Shown in pieces: positions 1 through 10,361 of a stretch of 64,000 bases of DNA (position 1 is the stretch's first letter; every line of letters begins with the position of its first letter). The notes below the pieces were generated by a model. The model was not told the DNA's origin and did not search any database. It worked only from the letters and a program-made list of their open reading frames with translations. The stretch comes from Promethearchaeia archaeon. Its GTDB lineage: Archaea > Asgardarchaeota > Lokiarchaeia > Sigyniarchaeales > SOKP01. The position numbers and the translations under genes are program-made. The DNA is taken from positions 64,001-128,000 of the forward strand of contig JAHQWK010000020.1 of assembly GCA_029856145.1 (NCBI GenBank), given 5' to 3'.

Positions 1-2236
1 CCTTAAATTGTTTATTTGCCCACTCAACTGCACTTTGTATTCGTGTTCCCCCTCGAGTAGTAACAGAAAGAAGCTCATCTGCCAATTTCTCTAAATCAAT
101 TTTTTCATCTAATCTTTTCAAAACATGAGTGTTTGACTCAAAAAAAGTGATACCCAGTTCATCTTTGCGCATTCCATAGCATAGCATTGTTATACAAATA
201 CTCATATACGCAAGTTTATCTCCCGTCATACTGCCTGAAATATCAAGCTCAAAGCAAGCTGTTTTTAGTCCTTTAGCAGTTTCAAAAACAAAAAAGTCGT
301 CGTATTTTATGTGATCTAATTTTTTACCTTTTTCTAAGATGTTATTTATAGTCTCCTCAAGATCAATATTTTCAAAATCGTCTCCTATGGAATATGGTCT
401 TACTATATTAATTGGAATTGGCCCTGTTGTAGAACTGCCTAAATGTGCTCTTGAATAATAAATACCTAGATCAATTAACATTTTTTTTGCCAATTCTTTT
501 ACTTTCTGTTTAGTGGTTTCCTGTAAATTATTTCGATGAATAAACCATTGTTTAAGTAGATTTTCTCCACTACCAGCTGATAAGCACGAAATCATTTTAT
601 TTTCGCCCTCTTGACCTCCGATTTGTTGAGCACTTTTTAGAGCATCACTTAAATTAAAATTCCCTAGAGCCCCTAATGCATCTCTATTATCAGAAGCTAA
701 TGCACTGGCTGTTAATTCTCTTATCCTTTCATAATTTAATTGATCTTGAATTTGATTCATTAAATTACTTAATCTTTGAAAATCTGCTTTATTTTTTTCT
801 ATTAATTTTTTTAGCAACTGATAGGTAGGTTCAATTAATTCGAAAATTTCATCTTCAGGCATTTGAAGTTTCTTTCCAATCTTCTCTATAAGTTTTGACT
901 CTAGGTTTAATCCTATTTTTCTTAAAAATTCGGTTGCATTTTTTAGTTGGTAAGGAGTTTCACAAGATTCTAAAGTTAAAGAAGTAAGATTTGGAATGTT
1001 CTGTGCCATTTTTTGGCTACAATGCATATTCGGAGAGCTATTAGCCAACTGTTGTAATTGATGAGTTAGAGTTTTAAAAGCTTCAAATTTTTTACTTTGG
1101 TTCATAGCTTCGTTAATGGCATTCTTAAGTGCTTGATTGAATAATGAATTCCATGATTTGTTTGCAAAAGCAGTTTTCGTTAAAGTTTCAAGTGAAAGAC
1201 TCATTTGGGAGTTTTCAATTTGTTGATCAAATTTATCTAATAGTGAGGTTCTTAGATTAGTGCCAAAAAATTGGTCAAGCGAATTTGCCAAATTGAAGTT
1301 ATGTTCAAATGAAGATTGTTTCATACTATTATTTAAAACTTTATCTGGATTAAAATTGGGAGTTTCTCCTAACTGTTTTGCTGATTGAAATAATTGATCT
1401 AAATTATGAATCTTATTTTGAAGTTCCTTTTTCAGATTCTCTAATTGATCTTTAGGAATAGCGTTAGTATCTTTTAAAAATTTCATAGATTGAAGAAAAT
1501 CTTCTAAACTTCCTAATTTTAATAATTTATTTAAATCATCTTCAATATTTTGATTATTAAGAGCTTTGCTTGTAATTTTTTCCCATTCTCTTAAAGATTG
1601 TTCTTGAATTAAATCATTTAACCCTAAGTTAGTACCTGCTTTAAGATCCTTGGGATCTAAAGAATTAATCTTTTGAAGCATTCTGTTTTTTGCTTCTTCA
1701 AGTAATTTCTCGAATGACGTTACTTCTTCTTTATATAATTCAGAATCGTCATTAAAGAAATTAAGTGCTGATTTATAAGGTTCTTCATGCCTCTTTTGAT
1801 TTAATTCTTCTATGAATTGTTCCAATTGCTGAATCATATCTGTATCAAATGATTTTGATAATTCAATCTCATCTATTAGATCTTGGAATTGGTCTAATTC
1901 TGATTTGATTTCCGAATTTGTTAATTCGTTTTCAAAATTATCAACTTCATTCTCAATGAAAAATGATTCCATTAAATTTTTCTTATAATTTGGGAAGAGA
2001 ATCTCAAAAGAAATATCTTTTGCTAAATTTTGGTTATCTGGAAAGGAGGTAACAGTACTAATTTCAATGAAATCATTTGGAGTAATTGATCCCTTACGAT
2101 AGTATCGTGATACAATTAATTTTGGTATTGATAATACTTGTCTTGGAGATGGCATTTGGGTTATATCCGGATGATTTCTCATCCTTCTTATGAACTCCAC
2201 AGCAAATTCACATGGGTTTTCAGGAAATACTCCCAA
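1..2236 (-). CDS. VWA-domain protein (CoxE/ViaA-like partner of MoxR ATPase), 3' end beyond window
   Basis: Not in ORF track (runs off window). Manual translation from TTG at 2236 behind GGAGG gives LGVFPENPCEFAVEFIRRMRNHPD..., MIDAS motif CFELDISGSM (~230-260) and TRGGTRIQSAVEWA near the window start. Confidence 0.85.
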   Translation of the reverse strand, partial: MGVFPENPCEFAVEFIRRMRNHPDITQMPSPRQVLSIPKLIVSRYYRKGSITPNDFIEISTVTSFPDNQNLAKDISFEILFPNYKKNLMESFFIENEVDNFENELTNSEIKSELDQFQDLIDEIELSKSFDTDMIQQLEQFIEELNQKRHEEPYKSALNFFNDDSELYKEEVTSFEKLLEEAKNRMLQKINSLDPKDLKAGTNLGLNDLIQEQSLREWEKITSKALNNQNIEDDLNKLLKLGSLEDFLQSMKFLKDTNAIPKDQLENLKKELQNKIHNLDQLFQSAKQLGETPNFNPDKVLNNSMKQSSFEHNFNLANSLDQFFGTNLRTSLLDKFDQQIENSQMSLSLETLTKTAFANKSWNSLFNQALKNAINEAMNQSKKFEAFKTLTHQLQQLANSSPNMHCSQKMAQNIPNLTSLTLESCETPYQLKNATEFLRKIGLNLESKLIEKIGKKLQMPEDEIFELIEPTYQLLKKLIEKNKADFQRLSNLMNQIQDQLNYERIRELTASALASDNRDALGALGNFNLSDALKSAQQIGGQEGENKMISCLSAGSGENLLKQWFIHRNNLQETTKQKVKELAKKMLIDLGIYYSRAHLGSSTTGPIPINIVRPYSIGDDFENIDLEETINNILEKGKKLDHIKYDDFFVFETAKGLKTACFELDISGSMTGDKLAYMSICITMLCYGMRKDELGITFFESNTHVLKRLDEKIDLEKLADELLSVTTRGGTRIQSAVEWANKQFK

Positions 2237-2240
2237 TAAT

Positions 2241-3182
2241 TTATCCTCCTAGGGTTTTATGAATGATATTCTCTATTATATTTTCGACTTTTACTCCAGG
2301 TTTAGGTTTTAAACTTCCAAGTAGAACGTGCCGAGCAATTTCAGAAAGATAAATATACTCAGATTCTTTTTCTTTGACTTTTTTTTCTTTCTCTATAATT
2401 CTTTTTCTTGCTAATAATTTAGCAATAGCAATTCCTGCTCTTATAGAAGCAGGAATTTCAATATCGATTTTATTTTGTCTAGTTTCTTTAATAATTGAAT
2501 AAATTAATTCTAATTCAGATTCTTCAATAATAAAATGTTCAGGCAAATTAATTCTTATAATATCTAATTCTGTTGACTTATCAGGATAAGTTAATTTGAT
2601 CCAAACTTTTATTCTATCTTTTAAAGCTTCAGATAAGCGATGAGTTCCTGATAGTTCTTCAGGGTTCATTGCACATATAAAGAAAAAATCATTATCAGCC
2701 TTTATTCGCCCTAGATGAGCGATTCCTATAGATGCTTCTTCTAGAGGTTCTAATAAAGTATTTTGAGAATATTCTGTAGCCCTATTAATTTCATTAGCTA
2801 AGAAAGTACCCCCTTCTAACATAGCATTTAATAATGGTCCAGGATTAAAAGCTTCAAGTACAAATCCTTTCTTTAAAGTTATAGCGGGATCAAATGAACC
2901 AACAAAATGAGAAGGTTTAATGCTCTCATCCATTGTTAACCATTGAAAACTCTTGTTTTTGTTCTCCTTCGCTCTTAAACTAGCAAAATATCGACACAAT
3001 ATAGTTTTTCCAACACCGGGAGGCCCTACTAAAGCAGGAAATAATCCTGTAGATTCTGCATCTCTTAATAATTCTAGAGCTTTACCATATTGACCTGAAA
3101 GAACTATATCAATTTGTTCTTCAGTAATATCCTTAATTAGATGTTGGTTAAATAATTCTTCAAATCTTTGTTTATTTATCAT
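2241..3182 (-). CDS. MoxR-family AAA+ ATPase (CoxD/GvpN/CbbQ-like)
   Basis: Walker A GPPGVGKT, Walker B FLANEINR, AMNP, LSEALKDR; directly upstream of VWA gene. Confidence 0.9.
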   Translation of the reverse strand: MINKQRFEELFNQHLIKDITEEQIDIVLSGQYGKALELLRDAESTGLFPALVGPPGVGKTILCRYFASLRAKENKNKSFQWLTMDESIKPSHFVGSFDPAITLKKGFVLEAFNPGPLLNAMLEGGTFLANEINRATEYSQNTLLEPLEEASIGIAHLGRIKADNDFFFICAMNPEELSGTHRLSEALKDRIKVWIKLTYPDKSTELDIIRINLPEHFIIEESELELIYSIIKETRQNKIDIEIPASIRAGIAIAKLLARKRIIEKEKKVKEKESEYIYLSEIARHVLLGSLKPKPGVKVENIIENIIHKTLGG

Positions 3183-3344
3183 GTTTAAATCTCTGTGGCA
3201 TTTTTACATAAATTAACGATTTTCTTACATGAATATTAAGTGTTTGTTAATATAAAACTTTAAAGTTAATAATTAAAAGATATTATATTTTCTTAACCCG
3301 CTTGATTGAATTTTACATAATTTCTAAGATAAAATTACCTTAAT

Positions 3345-4181
3345 ATGATAAAGCCTTATTTTGATGAGAAAAATTTCATTTTGTATCATGGAGACGCTTT
3401 AGATATTCTTAATCAATTTGAAGAGAGAAAATTTGATTTAATATTTGCTGATCCACCTTATTTCTTATCAAATAATGGAATTACGTGCAAATCAGGCAAG
3501 ATGGTTTCGGTTAATAAAGGGGAATGGGATAGATCAAAAGGTTTCGATGAGGATATTAAATTTATTGATTCTTGGTTAAAAGCTTGTAAAAGAATTTTAA
3601 AAAAAAATGGTAGTTTATGGGTTTCTGGAACTTTTCATATTATCTATAAAGTAGGTTATCTATTAGAAAAAAATGGTTATGATATTATTAATGATATCGT
3701 AATGTATAAACCAAATGCTCCACCTAACTTATCATGTAAATATTTTACACATAGCCATGAAATAGTATTATGGGCTCGCAAATCTAAAAACTCACATCAT
3801 ACATTTAATTATGAGAAATTGAAGACTTGGAATAACCCCAAAGATAAATTGAAGAATAAGGATAAGCAAATGAGAAGTGTTTGGTCAATTCCTTTAATGC
3901 CTAAAGATGAGAAAGAATATGGTAAACATCCAACCCAAAAACCATTGGAGTTGTTAAACAGAATAATATCATCCTCCTCGAATGAAGGTGATTGGGTATT
4001 AGATCCTTTTGCAGGAGCCGGTACTACAGGAATTGTATGTAGTATTTTAAATCGAAAATTTATTGGAATCGACTCGAATGAAGAATATTTGGATATAGCA
4101 ATTAAAAGATTTAGAGACAAAAAAAAAGAGGATCTATTATTTTCTCCTAAAACTAAAAATCATTTGATGAAATTTATTTAA
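3345..4181 (+). CDS. beta-class amino (N6A/N4C) DNA methyltransferase, DpnA (M2.DpnII)-like
   Basis: DPPY catalytic motif N-terminal to HPTQKP and LDPFAGAGTT SAM motif; DpnA-like segment LSNNGITCKSGKMVSVNKGEWD. Confidence 0.9.
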   Translation: MIKPYFDEKNFILYHGDALDILNQFEERKFDLIFADPPYFLSNNGITCKSGKMVSVNKGEWDRSKGFDEDIKFIDSWLKACKRILKKNGSLWVSGTFHIIYKVGYLLEKNGYDIINDIVMYKPNAPPNLSCKYFTHSHEIVLWARKSKNSHHTFNYEKLKTWNNPKDKLKNKDKQMRSVWSIPLMPKDEKEYGKHPTQKPLELLNRIISSSSNEGDWVLDPFAGAGTTGIVCSILNRKFIGIDSNEEYLDIAIKRFRDKKKEDLLFSPKTKNHLMKFI

Positions 4182-4290
4182 ATCTACTAAATTCCAGAAT
4201 TTCTATGAAAAAATATAATAAAAACGTTTATTAAATAAAGCAATTTTAAATTTAGTAAAACTAAATAGTTGACTATAATTAGGGATATAA

Positions 4291-6669
4291 ATGCAATTAG
4301 AACAGATTCATCTTTTAAATTATAAAGAACGTACACTAAGAATGAAAAATAAGTTAATTAAAACACCTCAGGAAATTTGTGTAGAAAGAGCTAGATTAAT
4401 TACAGAATTCTACAAAAATACTAAAGGAGAGAACCCAATTATTAGGTTTGCGAAAGCTATGGATTATTATTTAACAAACATGACAATTAAAATATGGAAA
4501 GATGAATATATAGTCGGTAATAGATGTACGAAATATGTAGGCACACCTATGTATCCTGAAGCTCGGATAGATACAATAGAACAAGATATTGACAATTATG
4601 ATACTCGTCCCGTGCAAAAACTTTTCTTAACAAATGAAGAAAGACGAGTTATAAAAGAAGAAATAATTCCTTATTGGAAAGAAGAAGAAATTACTGTGCA
4701 AGAGCGATTCCAATCTTATTTAGACTCAGATTTAAGAGATATAATGGAAAAACTAGTTTTTACTGTAGATGTGGAACTTTCTAGTGGAATTGGTCATTTT
4801 TTTCCTGGACATGAAAATGTATTAAAAAATGGAATCAATGGTTTAATTAAAAAAACAAGTGAGAGTTTAGAGAAAATCTCCACTGACAAAGATAAAAAGA
4901 CTTTCTTAGAATCAGTACTCATTTTACTATATGCTGTTAAAAAATTCATACAGAGATTTTCAAATTTAGCGAGAAAAATGGCGGAGAATGAACAAAATCC
5001 TGAACATCGGAAAGAGCTTAATAATATCTCCGAAATTTGTGAAAATATTTCTGGTAATCGTCCAAAAAGCTTTGAAGAGGCGCTACAATTAATTTATTTT
5101 ACTCATCTAATAAGTGGTCTAGAAGATGGTGGTTTTGCCATTTCAGTAGGTCGATTAGATCAGTATTTATATCCATATTATTTAGAAGATATTAAAAAGA
5201 GAAATATAACAAAAGAAAAAGTGCAGTTTCTTATTGAGTGTTTTTTCATCAAATTATCTACATTATGGAATTATGCTATTTCAAAAGGAGTAGTAGCTGT
5301 GGAAGGGCCTCCTATTGCTGAAAATATGGTAATTGGTGGATTAGATCGTGAAGGGAAAGACGCCTTAAATGATTTATCTTTAGTTATTTTAGATGCATAT
5401 ACTCATATTAAAACTGTTCAACCAACTTTTTGTGTTAGGATACATAAAGATACTTCAGATGATTTTCTTATAAAAGTTGGAGAATCCATAAAAGCTGGTA
5501 CTAGTATTGCTCTATTCAATGATAATGTAATGATCCCTGGACTTATTAATCGAGGATTTACTCATGAAGATGCTCGAGAATATGCGCCAATAGGATGTGT
5601 TGAGCCTCAACATCCCCATAAATCATATGGTTCGACAAATGCAAATCAATTTAACGTAGTGAAATGCTTAGAATTAACATTAAATAATGGAGTTGATATG
5701 CTAACTAGGAAAGAATATGGACTTAAAATTGGTAAAGAGATTACTTCTTATGAAGATCTATTGGATGCTTTTAAGAATCAAGTCAAATTTTTCATTGATT
5801 ATATGGTGAAAACAATGTATTTACTCGATAAAGCAATTGCTGAACTTACTCCTCAACCATTTTTATCTGCAACTATAGATGATTGTATTGGGCGTGGTCT
5901 TGATATAACCAAAGGTGGAGCAATTTATGATTTCACAGGACCACAACTTATAGGTTTAGCAACGGTTGCGGATAGTCTTGCTGTAATTAAAAAAGTTGTT
6001 TTTGAAGAAAAACTCTTAACTTTTAAAGATTTAGTTCAAATGCTTGCTAAGGATTTCAGAGGTGTATATCAAGAAAGAAAAGGAACAGAATGGCGGGAGA
6101 TTTTTATAAATAAAGTACCAAAATTTGGAAATGATGATGATTACGTTGATCAGATAGCTGTAGATATTTCAAAATTTTATTGTGAAGAAATTTCAAAACA
6201 TTCAAATTATCGAGGAGGGAAGTTTAATCCTGGATTTTATTCTACTACATTCCATTTGGCATTTGGCATTTTTACAGGAGCTTCTGCTGATGGCAGACAA
6301 AAAACAGATCCTCTTTCAAATGGTCTTGGTCCTACAAGTGGTATGGATAAAAACGGTCCCACAGCAATTCTTAATTCTATTAAAAAACTCAATAATAAGT
6401 TAATGACAAATGGTAATTCACTAATATTATCTTTTCACCCAAAAACATTGAAATTAGAAATTTTAGTACCCCTTATTAGAACTTTTTTTGAACCTGAAGG
6501 CGGTTATCAAGTACAATTTAACATTGTAGGAAAAAAAACTCTATGTGATGCTCAAATAAATCCTAATAATTATAGAGGGTTAGTTGTCAGAGTTGCAGGA
6601 TATTCAGTCTATTTTACAGAGTTGTCGAAAAGTGCCCAAGATGAAATTATTGCTCGAACTGAATATTAA
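4291..6669 (+). CDS. glycyl radical enzyme (PFL2/glycerol dehydratase-like eliminase)
   Basis: GRLDQYLYPYY, single-Cys finger IGCVEP, C-terminal glycyl loop VRVAGYS. Confidence 0.92.
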   Translation: MQLEQIHLLNYKERTLRMKNKLIKTPQEICVERARLITEFYKNTKGENPIIRFAKAMDYYLTNMTIKIWKDEYIVGNRCTKYVGTPMYPEARIDTIEQDIDNYDTRPVQKLFLTNEERRVIKEEIIPYWKEEEITVQERFQSYLDSDLRDIMEKLVFTVDVELSSGIGHFFPGHENVLKNGINGLIKKTSESLEKISTDKDKKTFLESVLILLYAVKKFIQRFSNLARKMAENEQNPEHRKELNNISEICENISGNRPKSFEEALQLIYFTHLISGLEDGGFAISVGRLDQYLYPYYLEDIKKRNITKEKVQFLIECFFIKLSTLWNYAISKGVVAVEGPPIAENMVIGGLDREGKDALNDLSLVILDAYTHIKTVQPTFCVRIHKDTSDDFLIKVGESIKAGTSIALFNDNVMIPGLINRGFTHEDAREYAPIGCVEPQHPHKSYGSTNANQFNVVKCLELTLNNGVDMLTRKEYGLKIGKEITSYEDLLDAFKNQVKFFIDYMVKTMYLLDKAIAELTPQPFLSATIDDCIGRGLDITKGGAIYDFTGPQLIGLATVADSLAVIKKVVFEEKLLTFKDLVQMLAKDFRGVYQERKGTEWREIFINKVPKFGNDDDYVDQIAVDISKFYCEEISKHSNYRGGKFNPGFYSTTFHLAFGIFTGASADGRQKTDPLSNGLGPTSGMDKNGPTAILNSIKKLNNKLMTNGNSLILSFHPKTLKLEILVPLIRTFFEPEGGYQVQFNIVGKKTLCDAQINPNNYRGLVVRVAGYSVYFTELSKSAQDEIIARTEY

Positions 6670-6754
6670 TCTTATTTTTTTAAAAATCTAAGAAAAACAA
6701 TAAAAATTTTAGTTATTCTAATTTTAACAATATAAATATATAAAAAATATAGTT

Positions 6755-6856
6755 GGGCCTGTAGATCAGTGGAAGATCGCTTGATTTCATTAAGCAAGAC
6801 GCTTAATTTCAAGATTCGCATTCAAGAGGTCACGGGTTCAATTCCCGTCAGGTCCA
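6755..6856 (+). tRNA. tRNA-Ala(CGC) with 30-nt intron (about 6786-6815, position 32/33)
   Basis: Acceptor GGGCCTG/CAGGTCC+A with G3:U70; T-arm ACGGG-TTCAATT-CCCGT; removing 30 nt gives anticodon arm CTTGA-TTCGCAT-TCAAG; CCA not encoded. Confidence 0.92.
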
Positions 6857-6888
6857 TTCTATTTATACACATCTAAAGAGGATTTTAT

Positions 6889-9489
6889 ATGGCACAAGGA
6901 ACAATTTATCCAAAAAGGTACAATTTTAAAGCGGTTCAAGAAAAGTGGATAAAATATTGGGATGAAAATAAGATATATGCATTTAATAAAGACCGAACAG
7001 ATGAAATTTTTACTATTGATACACCACCTCCCTTTGTAAGTGGAGTTTTACATATAGGACAATATCTAAATTACGCTTGGATTGATTTTGTAGCAAGGTA
7101 CCGTCGAATGAGAGAACAAAATGTATATTTTCCTCAAGGATGGGATTGTCATGGATTGCCTGTTGAGTTAGCAGTCACAAAGAATTATGGAATTTCTAAA
7201 GATGATCGAGAAAACTTCTTAGAGAAATGTAGAGAATGGGTAGAGAATAACATTGAAAATATGACAAAGCAATTGAATGATTTAGGGTATTCGACTGATT
7301 GGGAATATACTTATAGAACGATGAATGATGACTACAAACGAAAAGTTCAACTTTCACTCTTAGAATTCTATGAAAAAGGTATGCTTTATAGAGATAAATT
7401 TCCAACTCATTTCTGTGTAAATTGTGAAACATCTGTTGCAAAAGCAGAAGTAGGTTATCAAGAAGAGTTAGGAAAATTATGGTACATAAAATTACCAATT
7501 GTAGAGAGAGAAAATGAGTTTATTACTATTGCTACAACACGTCCTGAATACATGGAAGCTTGTGTTGCCGTAGTGATTCATCCAAATGATGAACGTTATT
7601 ACGACATTTCTGCTGCTAAAATAGAAATTCCATTCACGAATAGAACCGTTCGCGTTTATATGGATCCTTCAATTGATATGAATTTTGGTACTGGAGTTGT
7701 TTATGTCTGTACATATGGAGATGAAATGGACATTAAATGGAAAATTGAATATGACTTGGATGAGATCCAAATCTTTACTGAAGATGGTCATATGAATGAA
7801 AATTCTGTATATCAAGGTTTAACCATTATGGAAGCACGAGAGCAAATAGTTAAAGATCTTGATAAAAAAGGATTAATTGAAAAAATTGAAGACTATGAGC
7901 ATAATTTAATAATTCATTCAGAACGGTCATCTTGTAGAAAGCCAATAGAATATTTACCAGTCTATCAGTGGTTTATAAATGTGAAGGATTTTACACAGGA
8001 AATTATTGAATCTGGAGAAATTATGAAATGGTATCCTGAAAAACAAAAACAAAGATTAATAGATTGGGCAGAAGGATTAGATTGGAACTGGGTTATTTCA
8101 CGTCAGCGCTTTTTTGGTACCCCTATTCCATTTTGGTATTGCAAGGATTGCGGTGAAATTATCCCACCTAAAAGAGAGGATTTACCATTAAATCCTGTGA
8201 AAATTTCACCACCTATTAACCAGTGTTTAAAATGTAAAAGTAAAAATATCATAGGTGAAAACGATGTCTGTGATTGTTGGATTGATTCTAGTCTTACTCC
8301 CCTAGAAATATCAAAATGGACAGAAGATAATGAATTTTTTAAAAGAGCTTATATGGATGCTAAAGTTCATCGATCACAGGGTTATGAAATCATCCGTACT
8401 TGGTTGTTTTACACCTTATTTCGATGTAAAATATTAACTGGAAAAGCTCCTTTTTATGAAGCAATGATTAATGGAATGGTTGCTGGCCCAGATGGAAGAC
8501 ATATGTCAAAGAGTCTCGGGAACTATATTGCACCAGAGGAAGTGATGCCTGAATTTGGTTCTGATGCCATAAGATATTGGACAGCCATGGGTTCTTTAGG
8601 TGACGATTATCCGTTTGAATTTACTTGGATAAATCAACAAACTAAACAACCTGTTTCAGATAATTTTATTCTGAAAGAAAAACAAAAACTTCCAGAAGAT
8701 AAATTTAATAAGAAATACAGGAGAAAGTTTGAACAATTAATTGGTGCTTCAAGATTTTTAACTAAAATTTGGAATGCTTACAGATTTTTATTTTTAAATA
8801 TGAATAAGATTAAGATTGATAACATTAATGTTAATCCTAATGAACTATCAGCTATAGACAGTTATTTCTTTTCAGAATTTAACAAAAATTTAGATAAAAT
8901 TACAAAATATTTTGAGGAATATAATTGGCATGGAGCTATGATGATTTTACGTACTTTTTTCTGGAATGAGATTTGCGATAATTATGTTGAAGCAATAAAG
9001 CATAAATTTTATTCTAAAAATCAAGAAACGCGAGAGATTTCCTTAAAGAATGCATTAAACCTTTTTTACAAATTATTAACCATATCATCTGTTATAATGC
9101 CATTTATTTCAGAAGAAATTTACTCAATTCTCTATAAACAATTTAAACATCTAAAATCTGTTCATATAGCGAAATGGCCATTGCACTATGAAACGATTTC
9201 AGAAGATTCAGCTAATAATGGAAAATTAATTATTGAAATAATTAAAGTTCTAAGGATGCAAAAATCAAAGCTTCAAATACCTTTAAACCAAAGTATAAGA
9301 AAAGTCATTTTGATTTCAGATACAAATCAACTGAAAAAGATTGATAAATTAAAAAAAGATATTAAACAAACTCTTAGAATAGATAATTTAGAAATAATTG
9401 AGAAATCTCAGGAAAATAATATTAAAGAAAAATCAGATTTAAAACAAATTATTGAGGATTTGAATATCACAGTCTATTTTTTTAAGTAA
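6889..9489 (+). CDS. valS: valyl-tRNA synthetase (archaeal type)
   Basis: IDTPPP, HIGQ (HIGH), GWDCHGLP, IATTRPE, WVISRQR, HMSKS (KMSKS). Confidence 0.93.
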   Translation: MAQGTIYPKRYNFKAVQEKWIKYWDENKIYAFNKDRTDEIFTIDTPPPFVSGVLHIGQYLNYAWIDFVARYRRMREQNVYFPQGWDCHGLPVELAVTKNYGISKDDRENFLEKCREWVENNIENMTKQLNDLGYSTDWEYTYRTMNDDYKRKVQLSLLEFYEKGMLYRDKFPTHFCVNCETSVAKAEVGYQEELGKLWYIKLPIVERENEFITIATTRPEYMEACVAVVIHPNDERYYDISAAKIEIPFTNRTVRVYMDPSIDMNFGTGVVYVCTYGDEMDIKWKIEYDLDEIQIFTEDGHMNENSVYQGLTIMEAREQIVKDLDKKGLIEKIEDYEHNLIIHSERSSCRKPIEYLPVYQWFINVKDFTQEIIESGEIMKWYPEKQKQRLIDWAEGLDWNWVISRQRFFGTPIPFWYCKDCGEIIPPKREDLPLNPVKISPPINQCLKCKSKNIIGENDVCDCWIDSSLTPLEISKWTEDNEFFKRAYMDAKVHRSQGYEIIRTWLFYTLFRCKILTGKAPFYEAMINGMVAGPDGRHMSKSLGNYIAPEEVMPEFGSDAIRYWTAMGSLGDDYPFEFTWINQQTKQPVSDNFILKEKQKLPEDKFNKKYRRKFEQLIGASRFLTKIWNAYRFLFLNMNKIKIDNINVNPNELSAIDSYFFSEFNKNLDKITKYFEEYNWHGAMMILRTFFWNEICDNYVEAIKHKFYSKNQETREISLKNALNLFYKLLTISSVIMPFISEEIYSILYKQFKHLKSVHIAKWPLHYETISEDSANNGKLIIEIIKVLRMQKSKLQIPLNQSIRKVILISDTNQLKKIDKLKKDIKQTLRIDNLEIIEKSQENNIKEKSDLKQIIEDLNITVYFFK

Positions 9490-9510
9490 TAGAGATTTTT
9501 CAACAATTAT

Positions 9511-10320
9511 TTATCCTTCTCCTTCTTCATTTCCGTGTAGAGATTCAGTTTCAGTAGAGAGTTCATTATCATCTGGGGTTTCACTACTCGATACTTCTTC
9601 AATTCCTAATTGTGTAACCATAGCACGTTTCAAATCAGTTTTATTTTTTGGTAACCCAAACATATCTGCATATTTATCAGTGGTGGTTAGTTCGTGGGAT
9701 CTTCCCTTTTTTACAGCATTTATAAACCCATTATCTATGAGATATTTTACATGTTCATATGCGCCAGTACCTCTCAATTTAATAACCATTGATTTCAAAA
9801 CTGGCTGCTTCAAAGCAATAACTGTTAAAGTTCTCAAATATCTTTCTGCTATTGCTCCTCCTTTAGCAAATTTAGAAACTTTTTCAGTATATTCTGGTTT
9901 AATTTGCATTTGATATCTATCTCCAATTTGTGCAATGACAAGAGCAGTAGAGCGTTCTAAATAATCAAAAGCTACTTCATTTACTAATGCTTCCACTTCT
10001 TTCTTAGGAAGTTCCAATTTTGTCGATATTTCTTCTATGGTTAGGGGTCTTCCAGCAGCGTACAAAGAAGCTTCAATTAAATTTCGATGGAAAATCCTTA
10101 CTTGGTTTTTTAATAATTCTTCATCAAGAATTGTGGTTTCCGAAGTGTCTTCAATCAAATTGGTTTGTAAATCATCTTCTATATCTTCGGCTTCCTCAAA
10201 TTCTTCTATTAATGGAGTTTCTGATTTTAAACTAGATTCTCCACTTAAATTAATTTCTTCTATTTTTTCTAAATCTTCTTCTTGTTTATCATCAAGAGCA
10301 TTTTCGTGATTTTCTTCCAA
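9511..10320 (-). CDS. scpB: SMC-Scp complex subunit ScpB (kite) with acidic N- and C-terminal tails
   Basis: LIEASLYAAGRPL, LRTLTVIALKQP, TTDKYADMFGL; GGTGA SD before TTG; operon with smc and scpA. Confidence 0.92.
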   Translation of the reverse strand: MEENHENALDDKQEEDLEKIEEINLSGESSLKSETPLIEEFEEAEDIEDDLQTNLIEDTSETTILDEELLKNQVRIFHRNLIEASLYAAGRPLTIEEISTKLELPKKEVEALVNEVAFDYLERSTALVIAQIGDRYQMQIKPEYTEKVSKFAKGGAIAERYLRTLTVIALKQPVLKSMVIKLRGTGAYEHVKYLIDNGFINAVKKGRSHELTTTDKYADMFGLPKNKTDLKRAMVTQLGIEEVSSSETPDDNELSTETESLHGNEEGEG

Positions 10321-10361
10321 ATTATCACCATATTTTATAATTAATCCAATAAATTTAGTTT

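Noticed and set aside
4291-6669. Pyruvate formate-lyase
   Set aside because: Lacks the adjacent Cys-Cys pair
6720-6754. TATA/BRE promoter calls here and in other intergenic regions
   Set aside because: Background is too AT-rich to place boxes reliably by eye
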